From Chiloscyllium plagiosum (Eukaryota): a stretch of DNA of 64,000 nucleotides. Shown piece by piece: positions 38,716-49,829 of this stretch; the first letter of the stretch is position 1; every line of letters begins with the position of its first letter. Under the pieces are notes generated by a model that made no database searches, had not been told where the DNA came from, and was given only the letters and a program-made list of their open reading frames with translations. The stretch covers positions 64,021,110 through 64,085,109 of the forward strand of contig NC_057718.1 in assembly GCF_004010195.1 (NCBI RefSeq), in the 5' to 3' direction. The position numbers and the translations under genes were made by a program.

Positions 38716-41700
38716 CTGCAACAAGAAAGAAAGAGCCATGAAAAGTTATGCAAAGTCACTAAAAATTCAAATACAGTCACATGGGGAGGGTGGGGGTATC
38801 GGGCTCATAAAGAATGGTAGATACCAGTAAATGGGATCAGTCATCATTGCAATGAGCTGGTCAAACGAAAATAACATTGCTAATCAACATATTAAAGACA
38901 TGCTCTGCCCCCGTGGCATTCGCCAATTGGAGGACTACAATCATCTAACTGAGAAGAAATTACAATCTAGTTCCTCACTGCCGGACTGAAACTGCTGGAC
39001 ACTTCTCGGTGAAATCCAAGCTGGACGCTGGATATCAAGTGGAAGTGGTATCACGTCGGCTTTCAGACTCTCCCGCTGTAATGTCTCAAAACCCTTCTCT
39101 CTACCTCAGGAAGCTCCCGCTAGGATATTTAACTGCAGAAAGCCCTCCTTTATTAGCGAATGGCTGGGCTACATGATATTGTATTTTGTTTTTAAAGTAC
39201 GTTAACAATGTATTCATTTTTTTAAAAATCAATTACTCGGACAGATATGCGTTGCTGACATTTACACCTGTCTGAGATTATAGTTGGAGGAATGTTTACT
39301 CTCTGACATTATGTCCACCTATCACTCCTTCCCTAATAGTTCCCACAACCACCTGATGAAGGAGCGGCGCTCCGAAAGCTAGTGCGTCCAATTAAACCTG
39401 TTGGACTATAACCTGGTGTTGTGGTTTTTAACTTTGTATACCCCAGTCCAACACCGGCATCTCCAAATCATGCCCAATGGTTGTGCGTTTATTAATGTAT
39501 GTGTGAGTGCGTTGGGGGACATCGTCAATATGTGTGAAATGTAAATCAATCGAGCTGTTGAGATAAGTTGGCAGTTTAATTTCTATTTACTTTAGACAAT
39601 AGGCTTGAAGTTTAGGTCAAGACAATGATTGGTAAACAAAATTAAAGTATTAGCGCTGTGGATTTGGTAATGGTGGAATTGCTAAACCTTTTCAGAGAAA
39701 TAGAAGACATTCCTATTACAAAGGTACTTCTACCTCCGCCCTCCGAAATTGTGTTAAATCCACTAAGGTCATCCTGCGAATGTCTCTTACCTAGAGCTGG
39801 TGGCAGTGCCAGCATTGTGTGTCATGGGTAGCATGCTGGTATGCGTGGAGACTTGCAGACCCGACCAGTTGTCATGGTTAGGAAGCATGGAAAGGCAACC
39901 AGAAGAGCTATCGGGATAGCCAGCTACAGGGAAACACCCAAAATAGCAACAAATTAGACCTGGTACAGGTGGCATAACTAATCACATAGTACAATGCAAC
40001 AAGTCCGCATTCAATGATGTAATCTATAAGTGATGAAAGAGTGTGAAAAGTTCTCCTCCCACGGTAAAATTGATAGACTAAGTATTTTTATAAGCGTCTA
40101 ATTTAATAACACCACGCCTTTCACAAATTCGCTTTTACAAAATAGCTGACATCTAGTTTGTGTCATACTGTTAACTATTCAACTAACACAACTAATTGAG
40201 TATTTCATCATTCCCTAACTAAATCAGTCATTGGGAAAGATTTTGAAGGTGGAAGTGGGATTTAAAGTTAAGTGATGGTGGTTATAACAGAATCATTATT
40301 TTTCCTACAATAAAGATACTGTGTAAAGATAACGGTCTATATCGGCAGCACTAAAACAATGGGACCAATGTTCACCCGCGCGGACAACCTCTTTCTCTGT
40401 CACAATCTTTCCTCATTTTGTACTGATGCTCCTTTATTGCGATTTTCTAGAACATTCCTCTCTTTCTGCTATATGCTCTTGCTTATAAGAGAGGTAGGCA
40501 GCTAGTGCAGGAGTCTTTTGTGGATATACCCATTTCAAACAGGTATTCTGAAAAAAAAAGTGGGCGGCACGGTGGCACAGTGGTTAGCACTGCTGCCTCA
40601 CAGCCCAGAGACTCGGGTTCAATTCCGGCCTCAGGCAACTGACTGTGTGGAGTTTGCACGTTCTCCCCGTGTCTCCGTGGGTTTCCTCCCACAGTCCAAA
40701 GATGTGCAGGTCAGGTGAATTGGCCATGCTAAATTGCCCGTAGTGTTAGGTCAGGGGTAAATGTAGGGGTATGGGTGGGTTGCGCTTCGGCGGGTCGGTG
40801 TGGACATGTTGGGCCGAAGGGCCTGTTTCCACACTGTAATGTAATCTTCACTCTGTATCTTACGGTGTTGAAATTAAAAATCTATCATACACAAAACGAT
40901 TATTGTAGTACACCAGCATTCCTCACTCCTTCAACTTGCAAAGGATCCTCAATTGTTTGAATTACCTCCCACCACCTCCGCATCCACAGCAACATAGCTT
41001 TCCAAATCTGTTTTTTTTTAAGTTTTTTTTAATGGGATGTGTACGCCATTGGCAAAGCCAATATTTGTTGCCCAACCCTAATTTTCCTTGACTCAGGTAT
41101 TTCTGAGTGTAGTTAAGAATCAACTACATTGTTGGGGCTTTTGAGTCATATATAGACCAGACCAGGTGAAGAGGGCAGATTACCTTCAGTAAAGGTCGGG
41201 AGTTTACAACAATGGTTGAAGGCGCCATGCTGACTGAGACCAGTTTAAATTCCAAATCTTTATTGATCAATGGAATTGACGTTCCAGGCGCTACCACCAA
41301 TGTGTACCGGTATATCCGGCGCATTTTTTGGGTCATTGGATTATTAATATTACCTCAATGAAGTGACATAACCTCCCTCAAAATGCCTGCAGTAGAGCAG
41401 ATTAAAGCATCATATATTAGCCCAGACGCTTTAAGAATTCAAATTTAGGAGAGAACATATGGGCTAATTCGAATTTTATTCGACTATTCAAATACATCTA
41501 ATGAAGGCTTGCCAGTGCATTAATATGACAAAAGAGACGAGTGCTTTTGATATCCAGAAGCAGATCAAACTCGACAGTAACCGTTCTGTACCCTTTCATA
41601 AAGACCCTTTTATAGACGCTTAAAATGATATCGGGTATATGTTAGAGCAGTATTGCACTTACTCGGAGAGCTGTTCCTGTGCGTGTAAGGATTCGGGTAT

Positions 41701-44042
41701 GGAGCAGAGCGCTGGTTCCTCAGACTGGAGTAACGCTCGCAACCGTGGGGCGTGGAGAGTGAGATTGGTCCACCAAATTGAGCGTGAGGGTTAGAAGGTG
41801 GACACAGGGTACCTGTGCTCGGCAGAAACCAGCTACCTACTGGCGAGGAGGAGAAATATACATGTCCAGTCAGCCACAACAAATCAGACGAGCTGCAGTA
41901 CAAAGTGACTCTTCCCCCGTCCCCCCCCAAAAAAAAACTTACATTGGGAATATCCAGACTGTTGGCTGTCACTCACGTCATCCAGCATTTCCTTGTGATC
42001 GCTTCTGGACAAGAAAAACCCATTAAACACAGCGCACAGATTGGTCCTAGCTTAAAGTATTGCAATAGAATACTATCTTAGACTCACCTCTCTTTGGAGT
42101 CAAGGAAGGCCTTTGCAAACGGATTGTATTTAATTTTGAGAGCTGTGATCTGTGAAGAAGGGCGGGGGGGATAAAACTTAAGATTCATCAGTATGCAGTT
42201 ACTGGCGTGTCGCTACTCTTACCACTTAGTACTAGCAAAATATGGTGCAGACAATCCAAAAATGACCTCAGATTTTAAGAATTGAATCTGCTCAGCAATG
42301 GTCAACGATTTCAAATGATGGCAATAAAACATTGCTGATCATTGGTGCTGATAACGCTAATTGTGGCTATACTGGACTTCTGGAAGTGCATAGGTTCTTT
42401 GGAAGGCGTTTACCTCTTCATTCTGATAGGCTGTCACAGCGATGAACTGAGTCTCAGGGAATGAGTGACTGCTGATCATTCTCTGAGTTCCTCCGACTCG
42501 CACGATGTGAATTCTGGGCTCGTATTTATGCAGAGAGTTCAACATAATCTGCAATTACAACAATTAAAAAAAATGTCCTTTAGGGGCTAGGTCCATTCTA
42601 ATAAAACTTTTACAGGCTTGCAAGTTTCCTAGTCACTGCGCAACTAACTTTTTCACCGTTTGCATCGTTTAATTAAACCATATTTCACACGTGCGAAATT
42701 TTATACACCGTCGACGTTTAAACTAATAACGACATTCAATGATGCGTTGTCATCCCGGCTTTACACCACGTTCTATCATTTGTAATAGCTCGCTGTGGCT
42801 CATGTAATGTGCAAGAGGCCTGTTAACTCTCCAAAGTTGCCAACCGCTATAATTTGCAACTGTTACACCAGCAAAGAGAATCCCGTAACTCTGAGAAATT
42901 CAGAATCCTCTTTTCAATTATCAGTATTATTTGTTACAATACCTCGGAGTTAAATCGTTACCGTTTCCCAATTAACGACAAAACGTGCAAATCAGATGTC
43001 ACATAATCTCACCAGCGCTGACATTTGAGAGCATCATGTGATAACTTTGTATCTTCCCTTTTTTATAATTGCAAATGGCCCGGCTTACTTGTTAACTGCA
43101 ATATGGGAAAGAATCTGAGTGCAGTTCAGACCTTCAGGCCTGGTGCACGGGTTACTTCAGCCAGTCAGGGATGCATTAAATCTACAAGATGTACCTGTCC
43201 GCCGCCGTTCAGTTTGTTGGTGAGTTTAACTTTACTGAAGGAGACGGGCGCTTTCATCCAGTGCGCCCCAAAGTTGGGAGAGTCGGGGTGGATGTAAACA
43301 CAGCTGGGAGCCTGAGGCTCCGGTTTGCCACCGGGGACCCACTCCCCGTTCACATACTTCCAGCGGTGGTTGTCGGCGGCCACAAAGTCCAAGACAAACG
43401 AGTACATGGCGTTGGGATCTAGTCCTGACACGTTCACTTTCAACACAGGAAACATCCTCCTGAGAACAGGAAAGAAAGTAAAACGAGTGAGCAAGGAAGG
43501 GGGTGGGGTGGTGGTGCATTTTATCTATTGTCCCACGCTTCTGAGCAAGACAAGACCCTGAAGGATATGGCTTGTAGTCACACCCGCTGCTCACAATTGT
43601 TCTTGCAACATATGGAATTAAACCTTTCAATGGGACATAGAGGAGCAAATACAAATGCTGTCAGCTTTAAGTTGTGATGTTTTGCCCTGTTTCTAATTAT
43701 GGAAAGTACAAGATGGGGTAGGCCGAGCTCTGTTTTCACGCCTTTCCTTTCCTAAATATTCTAAAAGCCGTGATGTACACAGTGAGAGGTCAGAGGGTAA
43801 CCCTCCCAGCAGAGGCTGGCTCCTCAGCCCTCACCCTACCTGCCGTTCTTTGTGACGATCATTTCGTTGGTCAGTTCCTTAAACTTCAGCCACAGATCCA
43901 AGTCTTCCAGGTTGACTTTCAGCTCTCTCTCAGTGGGGTCTCCCTTCTCACTCCCAGCCTGTAGCTCACTCTCCACTGCACTGAGGAGATGGTCCACGCG
44001 GTACTGGCCGCTCTTGCCACTCTCCGTTGCGCTGGAACTCAT
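38448..44042 (-). CDS. tbxt: Brachyury / T-box transcription factor T, 8 coding exons: join(44042-43840,43459-43195,42548-42414,42149-42088,42004-41943,41839-41663,39923-39791,38715-38448); 1305 nt, 434 aa
   Basis: Spliced translation reads [43 protein letters not shown]...[11 protein letters not shown]...[15 protein letters not shown]...[22 protein letters not shown]...WTPVTPPSM*. The Brachyury N-terminal motif, T-box and C-terminus are all recognisable. All seven introns are GT-AG with matching phases. Confidence 0.98.
39343..39472 (+). mobile_element. Penelope pLTR fragment (family B) in tbxt intron 7, antisense to tbxt
   Basis: Same sequence family as 56028-56240, 30686-30864 and 14515-14589. 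Confidence 0.8.
39350..39384 (+). ncRNA. Minimal hammerhead ribozyme motif (PLE family B)
   Basis: CAC-CTGATGA-A-GGAGC-GGC-GCTCC-GAAA-GCTA-GTG: helix I CAC/GTG, 5-bp helix II, palindromic AGCU, CUA triplet. Confidence 0.7.
39791..39923 (-). CDS. tbxt: tbxt coding exon 7 (133 nt)
   Basis: Acceptor tttccctgtag|[46 protein letters not shown]; donor AG|GTAAGA. Confidence 0.94.
40562..40845 (+). mobile_element. HE1-like SINE in tbxt intron 6 (antisense to tbxt)
   Basis: GGGCGGCACGGTGGCACAGTGGTTAGC head, GGTTCAATTCC B-box, retained CpGs (apparently young copy). Confidence 0.9.
41020..41300 (-). mobile_element. Older SINE-like repeat in tbxt intron 6
   Basis: Similar to 1445-1700 and 20630-20870; its tail matches 33020-33070. 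Confidence 0.55.
41663..41839 (-). CDS. tbxt: tbxt coding exon 6 (177 nt; 174 nt with the alternative NAGNAG acceptor)
   Basis: Acceptor ctcctcctcgccag|[27 protein letters not shown]...PYTHRNSSP; donor A|GTAAGT. Confidence 0.93.
41943..42004 (-). CDS. tbxt: tbxt coding exon 5 (62 nt)
   Basis: Acceptor tttttcttgtccag|[22 protein letters not shown]; donor T|GTAAGT. Confidence 0.94.
42088..42149 (-). CDS. tbxt: tbxt coding exon 4 (62 nt, end of T-box)
   Basis: Acceptor cttcttcacag|[23 protein letters not shown]; donor AG|GTGAGT. Confidence 0.96.
42414..42548 (-). CDS. tbxt: tbxt coding exon 3 (135 nt, T-box)
   Basis: Acceptor ttgcag|[48 protein letters not shown]; donor GAG|GTAAAC. Confidence 0.97.
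43195..43459 (-). CDS. tbxt: tbxt coding exon 2 (265 nt, T-box)
   Basis: Acceptor tttcctgttctcag|[21 protein letters not shown]...KLNGGGQ; donor CAG|GTAC. Confidence 0.97.
43840..44042 (-). CDS. tbxt: tbxt coding exon 1 (203 nt)
   Basis: ATG at 44042; [10 protein letters not shown]...EMIVTKNG; donor AG|GTAGGG at 43839. Confidence 0.96.
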
Positions 44043-44179
44043 TTTCCGGATCCTGAGGAGACCCAGATACTTCTTCTTCTCCCAGTTTTTTCCTCCCGGG
44101 ACTACGGGAAAGGGAGTGCTGTCTGCTCAATGTACTCCCCTCTCCCAGTCTCTCATTCTGAAACCTCTCATTCATCTTG

Positions 44180-44420
44180 ATAAGTACCCCTCCATGGGGA
44201 TGCTGACGTCAGCCAGCGGCTTGGCTGTATGCGGATTGGTTGGGGCCTGCTTTGATCTGAGCAATGCCGCGTGTGATTGGCGAGTGGCGGCCATATCAGT
44301 GAAACTGGGGAAAGCTTCTGAAGTTACAGCCAGATGTAATTACCACAAGTTAAATAGAGCTATTTCATGCAAATCTGCAAATGTTTACACCTATATCAAA
44401 GCATGGGGGTCAATGAGGAA
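44180..44420 (-). promoter_or_regulatory. tbxt proximal promoter
   Basis: Cluster of consensus motifs 160-360 bp upstream of the ATG: CRE TGACGTCA (44204-11), CCAAT boxes (44235-39, 44276-80), TCF/LEF CTTTGAT (44250-56) and ATCAAAG (44395-401), octamer ATGCAAAT (44367-74), Fox TGTTTAC (44382-88). Confidence 0.7.
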
Positions 44421-44609
44421 ATGGCTTTTAGGATATAGAGTCCCTGTCCTCTCAAGTGTCTAATCTATTTGTAATACAAGTTTCACACATATCGGGCCAT
44501 GTAAACCCATTTCAACTGAAATGGTAACATCTCGTAGACAGCCCAAACGGTGATTGCTGGAAATATGAATCTTTTTTAAAAGTATCAAACAGAACGATTT
44601 TGTTAGACT

Positions 44610-44745
44610 AAAAATAAAACAAAGAACCGTGGGTGCTGGAAATTGAAACAAGAACAGAAATTGCGAGAGAAACTCAGCAGGCCTGGCAGCATCTGAGGAG
44701 AGAGAACAGAGTTAACTTTTTAGGGTGAGTGACACTTCTTCAGAA
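44610..44745 (-). mobile_element. Old Penelope-related pLTR fragment upstream of the tbxt promoter
   Basis: ctcagcaggcctggcagcatctg...cttcttcagaac; decayed CUGAAGA core on the minus strand. Confidence 0.5.
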
Positions 44746-45533
44746 CGATTTGTCACCTGGAAGGCCTTATCAAATTGCTACCGTGAATGGCAACACATAA
44801 CCCAGTGGAAGGTAACATCCTACAGATTCCGAGATGGCGTTTCGCAAACGGCCAACGCCCCCCCCCCCCCCCCCACCCCGAAACGGAAAATAAAAAGAAA
44901 ACGGCGGGTCCTACTTGCCAAACATCTTTAGGAAAATGCTACTCGTCTTCCGTATAGAGGAGATGCCACGGTTTGACTCCGAAATATAGTACCGCTGGGC
45001 TAATGCCCACGTTTTATTATCTTACTGTGAGAAAGATACATTTAGAGGTTGAGGTGACAATAACCAGGAAATGGTTAAACGGGTTGGCCTGAGAACAATG
45101 CTCTTTTGAAATGACCTACACTGGACAGCGAAGCAGTCAGGTTTAAACCTTGGGCCACTATCATTTTGAAGGAAGCATCTAAAAATTTAATAACACCTGC
45201 AGCATCTCTTTTGCAGGATGTAGAGGACATGCACTCAGGAAACATGTACACTTCTGAATTGTTATATCGGTGGAAACATTTGCAGAACTGTTTTTCTTTC
45301 CAGAGAGTTCCCAGTATTTTCTGGTTTAATTTTAGAAATTCAGCATTTTGCTTTCTTTTCCTTCTCTATATTCAGATTACGGATCGATTTGTTCTTCCAT
45401 CTCAGTGACAAGTTAAAGCCGCTTGAACCGGGAATTCTTTCAGACAACAGGTTAGCTACTCTCCTGAAATACCAGTGTTGAAATAATTTATTCAGCTATG
45501 CACAGAGTAAGTTTGGGGATGTTTTCACGCAAA

Positions 45534-45762
45534 CCACACACACACACACACACACACATTCAGCACCCCCTCCACCCATCCACCCACACACACACAGTTC
45601 TCCCTCCACACACACATTCCGCACCCCATCCACTCACTCACTCTCTCTCACACACACATTCAGCACTCCCTCCACCCATCCACCCACACACAGTTTTCCC
45701 TCCACCCACCCACACACACACAAACACACACACTCCTACAGACACCCACACAAACACACACG
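45534..45762. repeat. (CA)n-rich compound microsatellite
   Basis: Interrupted CA tracts with repeated cattcagcac and ccacccatccaccc units. Confidence 0.9.
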
Positions 45763-47141
45763 CAAAGATTTAATATATAATGCATGCTGGATTGGCCAGT
45801 GGCTGTCAGCGGGCAGGTACAGTATGCTGGCAATGTTTGAAAATGTAAGGAAAATAATGGCAGCTTTTCTCTTGAGAAGTAACGATGGTGAGGAAGGGAG
45901 GAGGATACAAAATGAGAAGTTCACTCCGTCTCAAATGAAAGCCATTCTCTGTGGAAGAGACGGAGGATGATCCTCTGGGATAAAACCAGTAGTCTTTTTT
46001 TTTCTAATTCACCGGCAAAAGAGGAACTAATTTGTTTTGGGCTCCCAAAATAACTTCGGGCTGGTTCCCATGAGCGAGTACCGCAGGGACAACTTTTGAC
46101 TGTGAGCTGCAGTGCATGACAGTTTACAGTCAAAAGCTTCCTTCAGCCCATTGCTACAAACAGTAGCCAGAGAGAGGCCGAATAGAAACAACCATCTCGC
46201 TTGAATTTTAAAATTCCTCTCATAGCCAGCCTAACCTCTTCCTGCATTAACCCACATTATTTTAATGAAGGCACCTTGTGAAATGAGCTAACGGCGGCGT
46301 TACATGATGAAGTGGCCTATTTTGCTATTTCTGATTTCACTAATTTCAAGTTACTGAGAAAAAAATAATGCAACATTTATCTACTTTGGCCAATAGTTTG
46401 CATTTCACTAGAAATGCTACATCGTTTCGGGTTGATCGACAAGGCAATCGGTTTACTTTTTGCACAAATTGTTCCGGATCCTTTCAAAAGTAGATCCTTT
46501 TGAATTGTTCCAACTCCTGGACCGTTCATTTGGGAGTTAACTGAACAGATTGATCGAAAAATGAGCTATGTTTATTCTCTGTTTCCTGCGGAGGACGACC
46601 CCGTGTGTATTTAAGCACAGAGGGAGGCAGGTTTGCGAACGAAAATCTACCTTGATTGACTTTTTCGATATGAATTCTGACACCAAGGACCTCAGTGTTG
46701 TGAAAATTATTTTGCTTGTTTTTTTTTAATTGCATGCCGAGTTTCTGGCCCTTCCGGGCTCTGGCCTTCCACTAAATGACTGTGTTGCCAACCTTTAGAA
46801 CGAAGTACTAGGACAAACTGAATTTGACATATACTCGGTAACTATTCCAATGACTACACATCTTCTGCCAATCTTAGTGGAAGGAATCTGGTGATGTAAT
46901 TGTTTGGTGCCTGGAAGGAGATTTGTCTGATTCCCTGATTAGTAACGCAGCAAACCGCACTCAGGCCCCTTCCGACAACTGGACAGTGCCTGTATTGCAT
47001 TGAAACCTTCGGACATTGCCACAGCTAATACTGAATTTTTAATCTGCTAACTCAACGTAGCAAAAACAAGTAAACAGCCAAACCAGGCAATAAAACACGA
47101 CAATGTATTTCATCATTTCATTACAAAGCCTAAATGCAAAC

Positions 47142-47218
47142 ATATAACAAGATACAGCAATCAGAATAAGATGAAAATATAACAAGATACAGCAATCAAA
47201 ATAAGATGAAAATATAAC
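47142..47218. repeat. 35-bp tandem duplication
   Basis: ATATAACAAGATACAGCAATCA(G/A)AATAAGATGAAA x2 plus a partial third unit. Confidence 0.85.
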
Positions 47219-48523
47219 ATACAGAAAGTCGCCCCTGAATCTCAAACTGAAGTGAGCTTTGGAGCTCATCCTTTTCATCATCCATCTGGCTGAAGCCAGG
47301 AGGAACGAGATGCCTGGTCCTTTTTTAAAACTTTAGACAAAGGAATTTACTCGAACGCTGGAGCTTTGCACCGCAAACTTGCCGTGGTCTCTTTCCGAGA
47401 ACACTTTGGGACCTTCGAACTGTACGAAGTTTCATTTCCTTGAAAGGATGGCACAGTCCAGTTTTTAGGTGCGACTTGAAAATCACACCGTTGTCATTCT
47501 CACTCGGCGGGAGCAGTCAAATGCAAAATGTGTGTGGTGCCATCCCAGGGAATGAAAAGTATATGGGTTCAGTTCACTGTAGTACATTTCCCATTAGATA
47601 ACTTCTACAAATTAAATGTAAAAATCTCATCCTACAATTCAATCTTAGCGAACTGTCCCACTATTATCAAGCCGCAATTCGAAATAGCACTATACCATTA
47701 TGTGAAGGGGCATTCTCCTCATCCAGTCTCATAAGGAGTTAACAATCAAAACTTTATGAAGTCGTGATATGTGAGCCGATTGCGTAGTCCCCTGTTAGGT
47801 TTCAGCATAATGCCCAGTGGAACTGCTGCATTAATATGGTGGTCTTCCCAGAAATCCACAGATCCAAGAGTGCAACATCTACCTTAGCGGTAGATAAGGT
47901 TAAAAAATCAAACGACACCAGGTTATAGTCTGCTACCCACTTTTATACTACAACAAGAACACACGCAACATGCTGCCAGTTTGTCACAGGTAACGCCCCG
48001 GTACCCCATTCGAAAGCATACAGTATTTTAGATTTGGTAACTTTGTGCACTTTAGGGAAAATTTTCATTCAACTCAAATATGATCCCTCGTGGTCCAAGA
48101 AATTGAACTCCGAACACAACATAAGGAAAGGCCCCGCTTAGTGGGGCAAAGTTATCCCCTCTCTCTGTCACTACCACTTTAATCGGTAGCTTTCTCCGAT
48201 CCCAAATACGCTGACGCAGACTGGAAATATTCGCCATCAATGGTTGAGATTAAGGAGTTTTCTGTTCTGAAAGTTTGTTCTTAACATTGGATAGAAAGAC
48301 TGCCAAACGACATCAGATATCAATGCCACAGTGTTTAAAAGCAATGGCAGTGTTTCAATCTCAAACAATCATAAGAATTTATCTTGGGAATAATATTGTT
48401 CCCGTTGCAAGAAAATGATCATCAAATTATATATTTCTGAACAATAGGACGGCAATTATGTACATAACATTTTGTGTCTACTTTTGAGTTACTTCAAAAA
48501 TTAGATATTTGAGATATATTGTT

Positions 48524-48593
48524 GCTGGAGTAGGTGGGACTTGAACCCAAGCCTCTCGGCCCAGAGGCAAAAACGCTCCCACTGCACTCTAAC
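48524..48593 (-). pseudogene. tRNA-like fragment / SINE head
   Basis: Minus strand gttagagtgcagtgggagcg...gaggcttGGGTTCAAGTCCcacc has A- and B-box-like motifs but no convincing acceptor stem. Confidence 0.45.
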
Positions 48594-49829
48594 GCTCCTA
48601 ATTCAAACTTTAATTCCAATTTAACAATTGAAGTTGCCATTCCTGCCAGAGCTGTCAATCAAAGTGATTCAGCGACGAAACCTGGACTTAGAGTTCCCAG
48701 TTTGCTGTTATTTGAACAAGTGGAGTCATCCCGCGTAATAATTGACATAATAATAACTGACCCCTAAGTGTTTGTATACACATATATGTATGATCCATAA
48801 GCACATTATTTGTTGCGAAACAACAAAGGAATTATAGGTATTCATAGTTATTTATACACCAGGAATTCAGGTGAGGCCGGTCAATACTGAAATCCAAAAA
48901 TTGCCTTCGAACTTGCGCTTCGGCTCCGCCTTTCGCTTCAGAGAAAAGCCTGTTGTGAGTTCTCTCTCCCACTGACGTGCGTTTAGCAGCATGACACATT
49001 ATAGGAAATTAAATTAGATCCGTTTTGGTTTTGGTTTTGGTCTGTTTTAGTAAAGTATTGTAAAGGTGGAAGATTATCCGAGTACGCTTTATTCTTATTG
49101 GGTTTTTTATTAAATGTAAAAAATTAAAATTGAACCGTCCAGCCACCCTTTTTTTATCCTCTCTTCATGCAGTATTTCTTTTCATCTCTTTGTTTCTTCT
49201 TTTGCGGAGAGATTCAGAAAGTTCACGAGAAAGGACAATGTAATAATTCAGGGTAGTGTTGCAAAAATCTAATTTGTGGTCCATATATTCTATTTAGAAT
49301 GTAACTTTGAGTTTTAGGAATTAAAGCTTAATTTTTGAAAATGGGATATATACAACTGAAGAGCATGATCTTCTCCATTCCTCAATTCACAGGTATGGGT
49401 GTGATTTGAAAATCATGTTCCTGGAGTACAGCACTGGATGCGGTCACCTTAGGAATGCAATACAATTTTCAGTGCAAGAAAGGAATGACGATATCTGAAC
49501 CCACCACACCAACAATCAAGTGCCTATTAACCTCCTTGTGGTGCAAATTAAATAGTTTTTTTCTGGGCCAGTTTGTGATTTCAATTGGCAGGCATGGAGA
49601 ATATTAAGTGTCTGTAACCTATATGGTAAAACTGGCATGCACACAATTGGGAACCATCGGGGCTCAAGGAGGCACTGGTCAATTGTATACAAGATGAACA
49701 ATTATGCCCAGCTGCTCTGACAGTGCTCAGGGTTAGCATTTTTCAGTAGCAAGTTGATTAAGTCCTGAACAGGGTATCACGCAGTCGGCTTCATTTAGGC
49801 AACAGAGGCAGCAAATATATCTACAAATG

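Noticed and set aside
43852..44463. 203-aa plus-strand ORF antisense to tbxt exon 1
   Set aside because: Non-ATG start, shadow of the coding exon and promoter, no recognisable domain.
48524..48593. Functional tRNA gene
   Set aside because: B-box present but no proper acceptor stem or cloverleaf; kept only as a SINE head or pseudogene.
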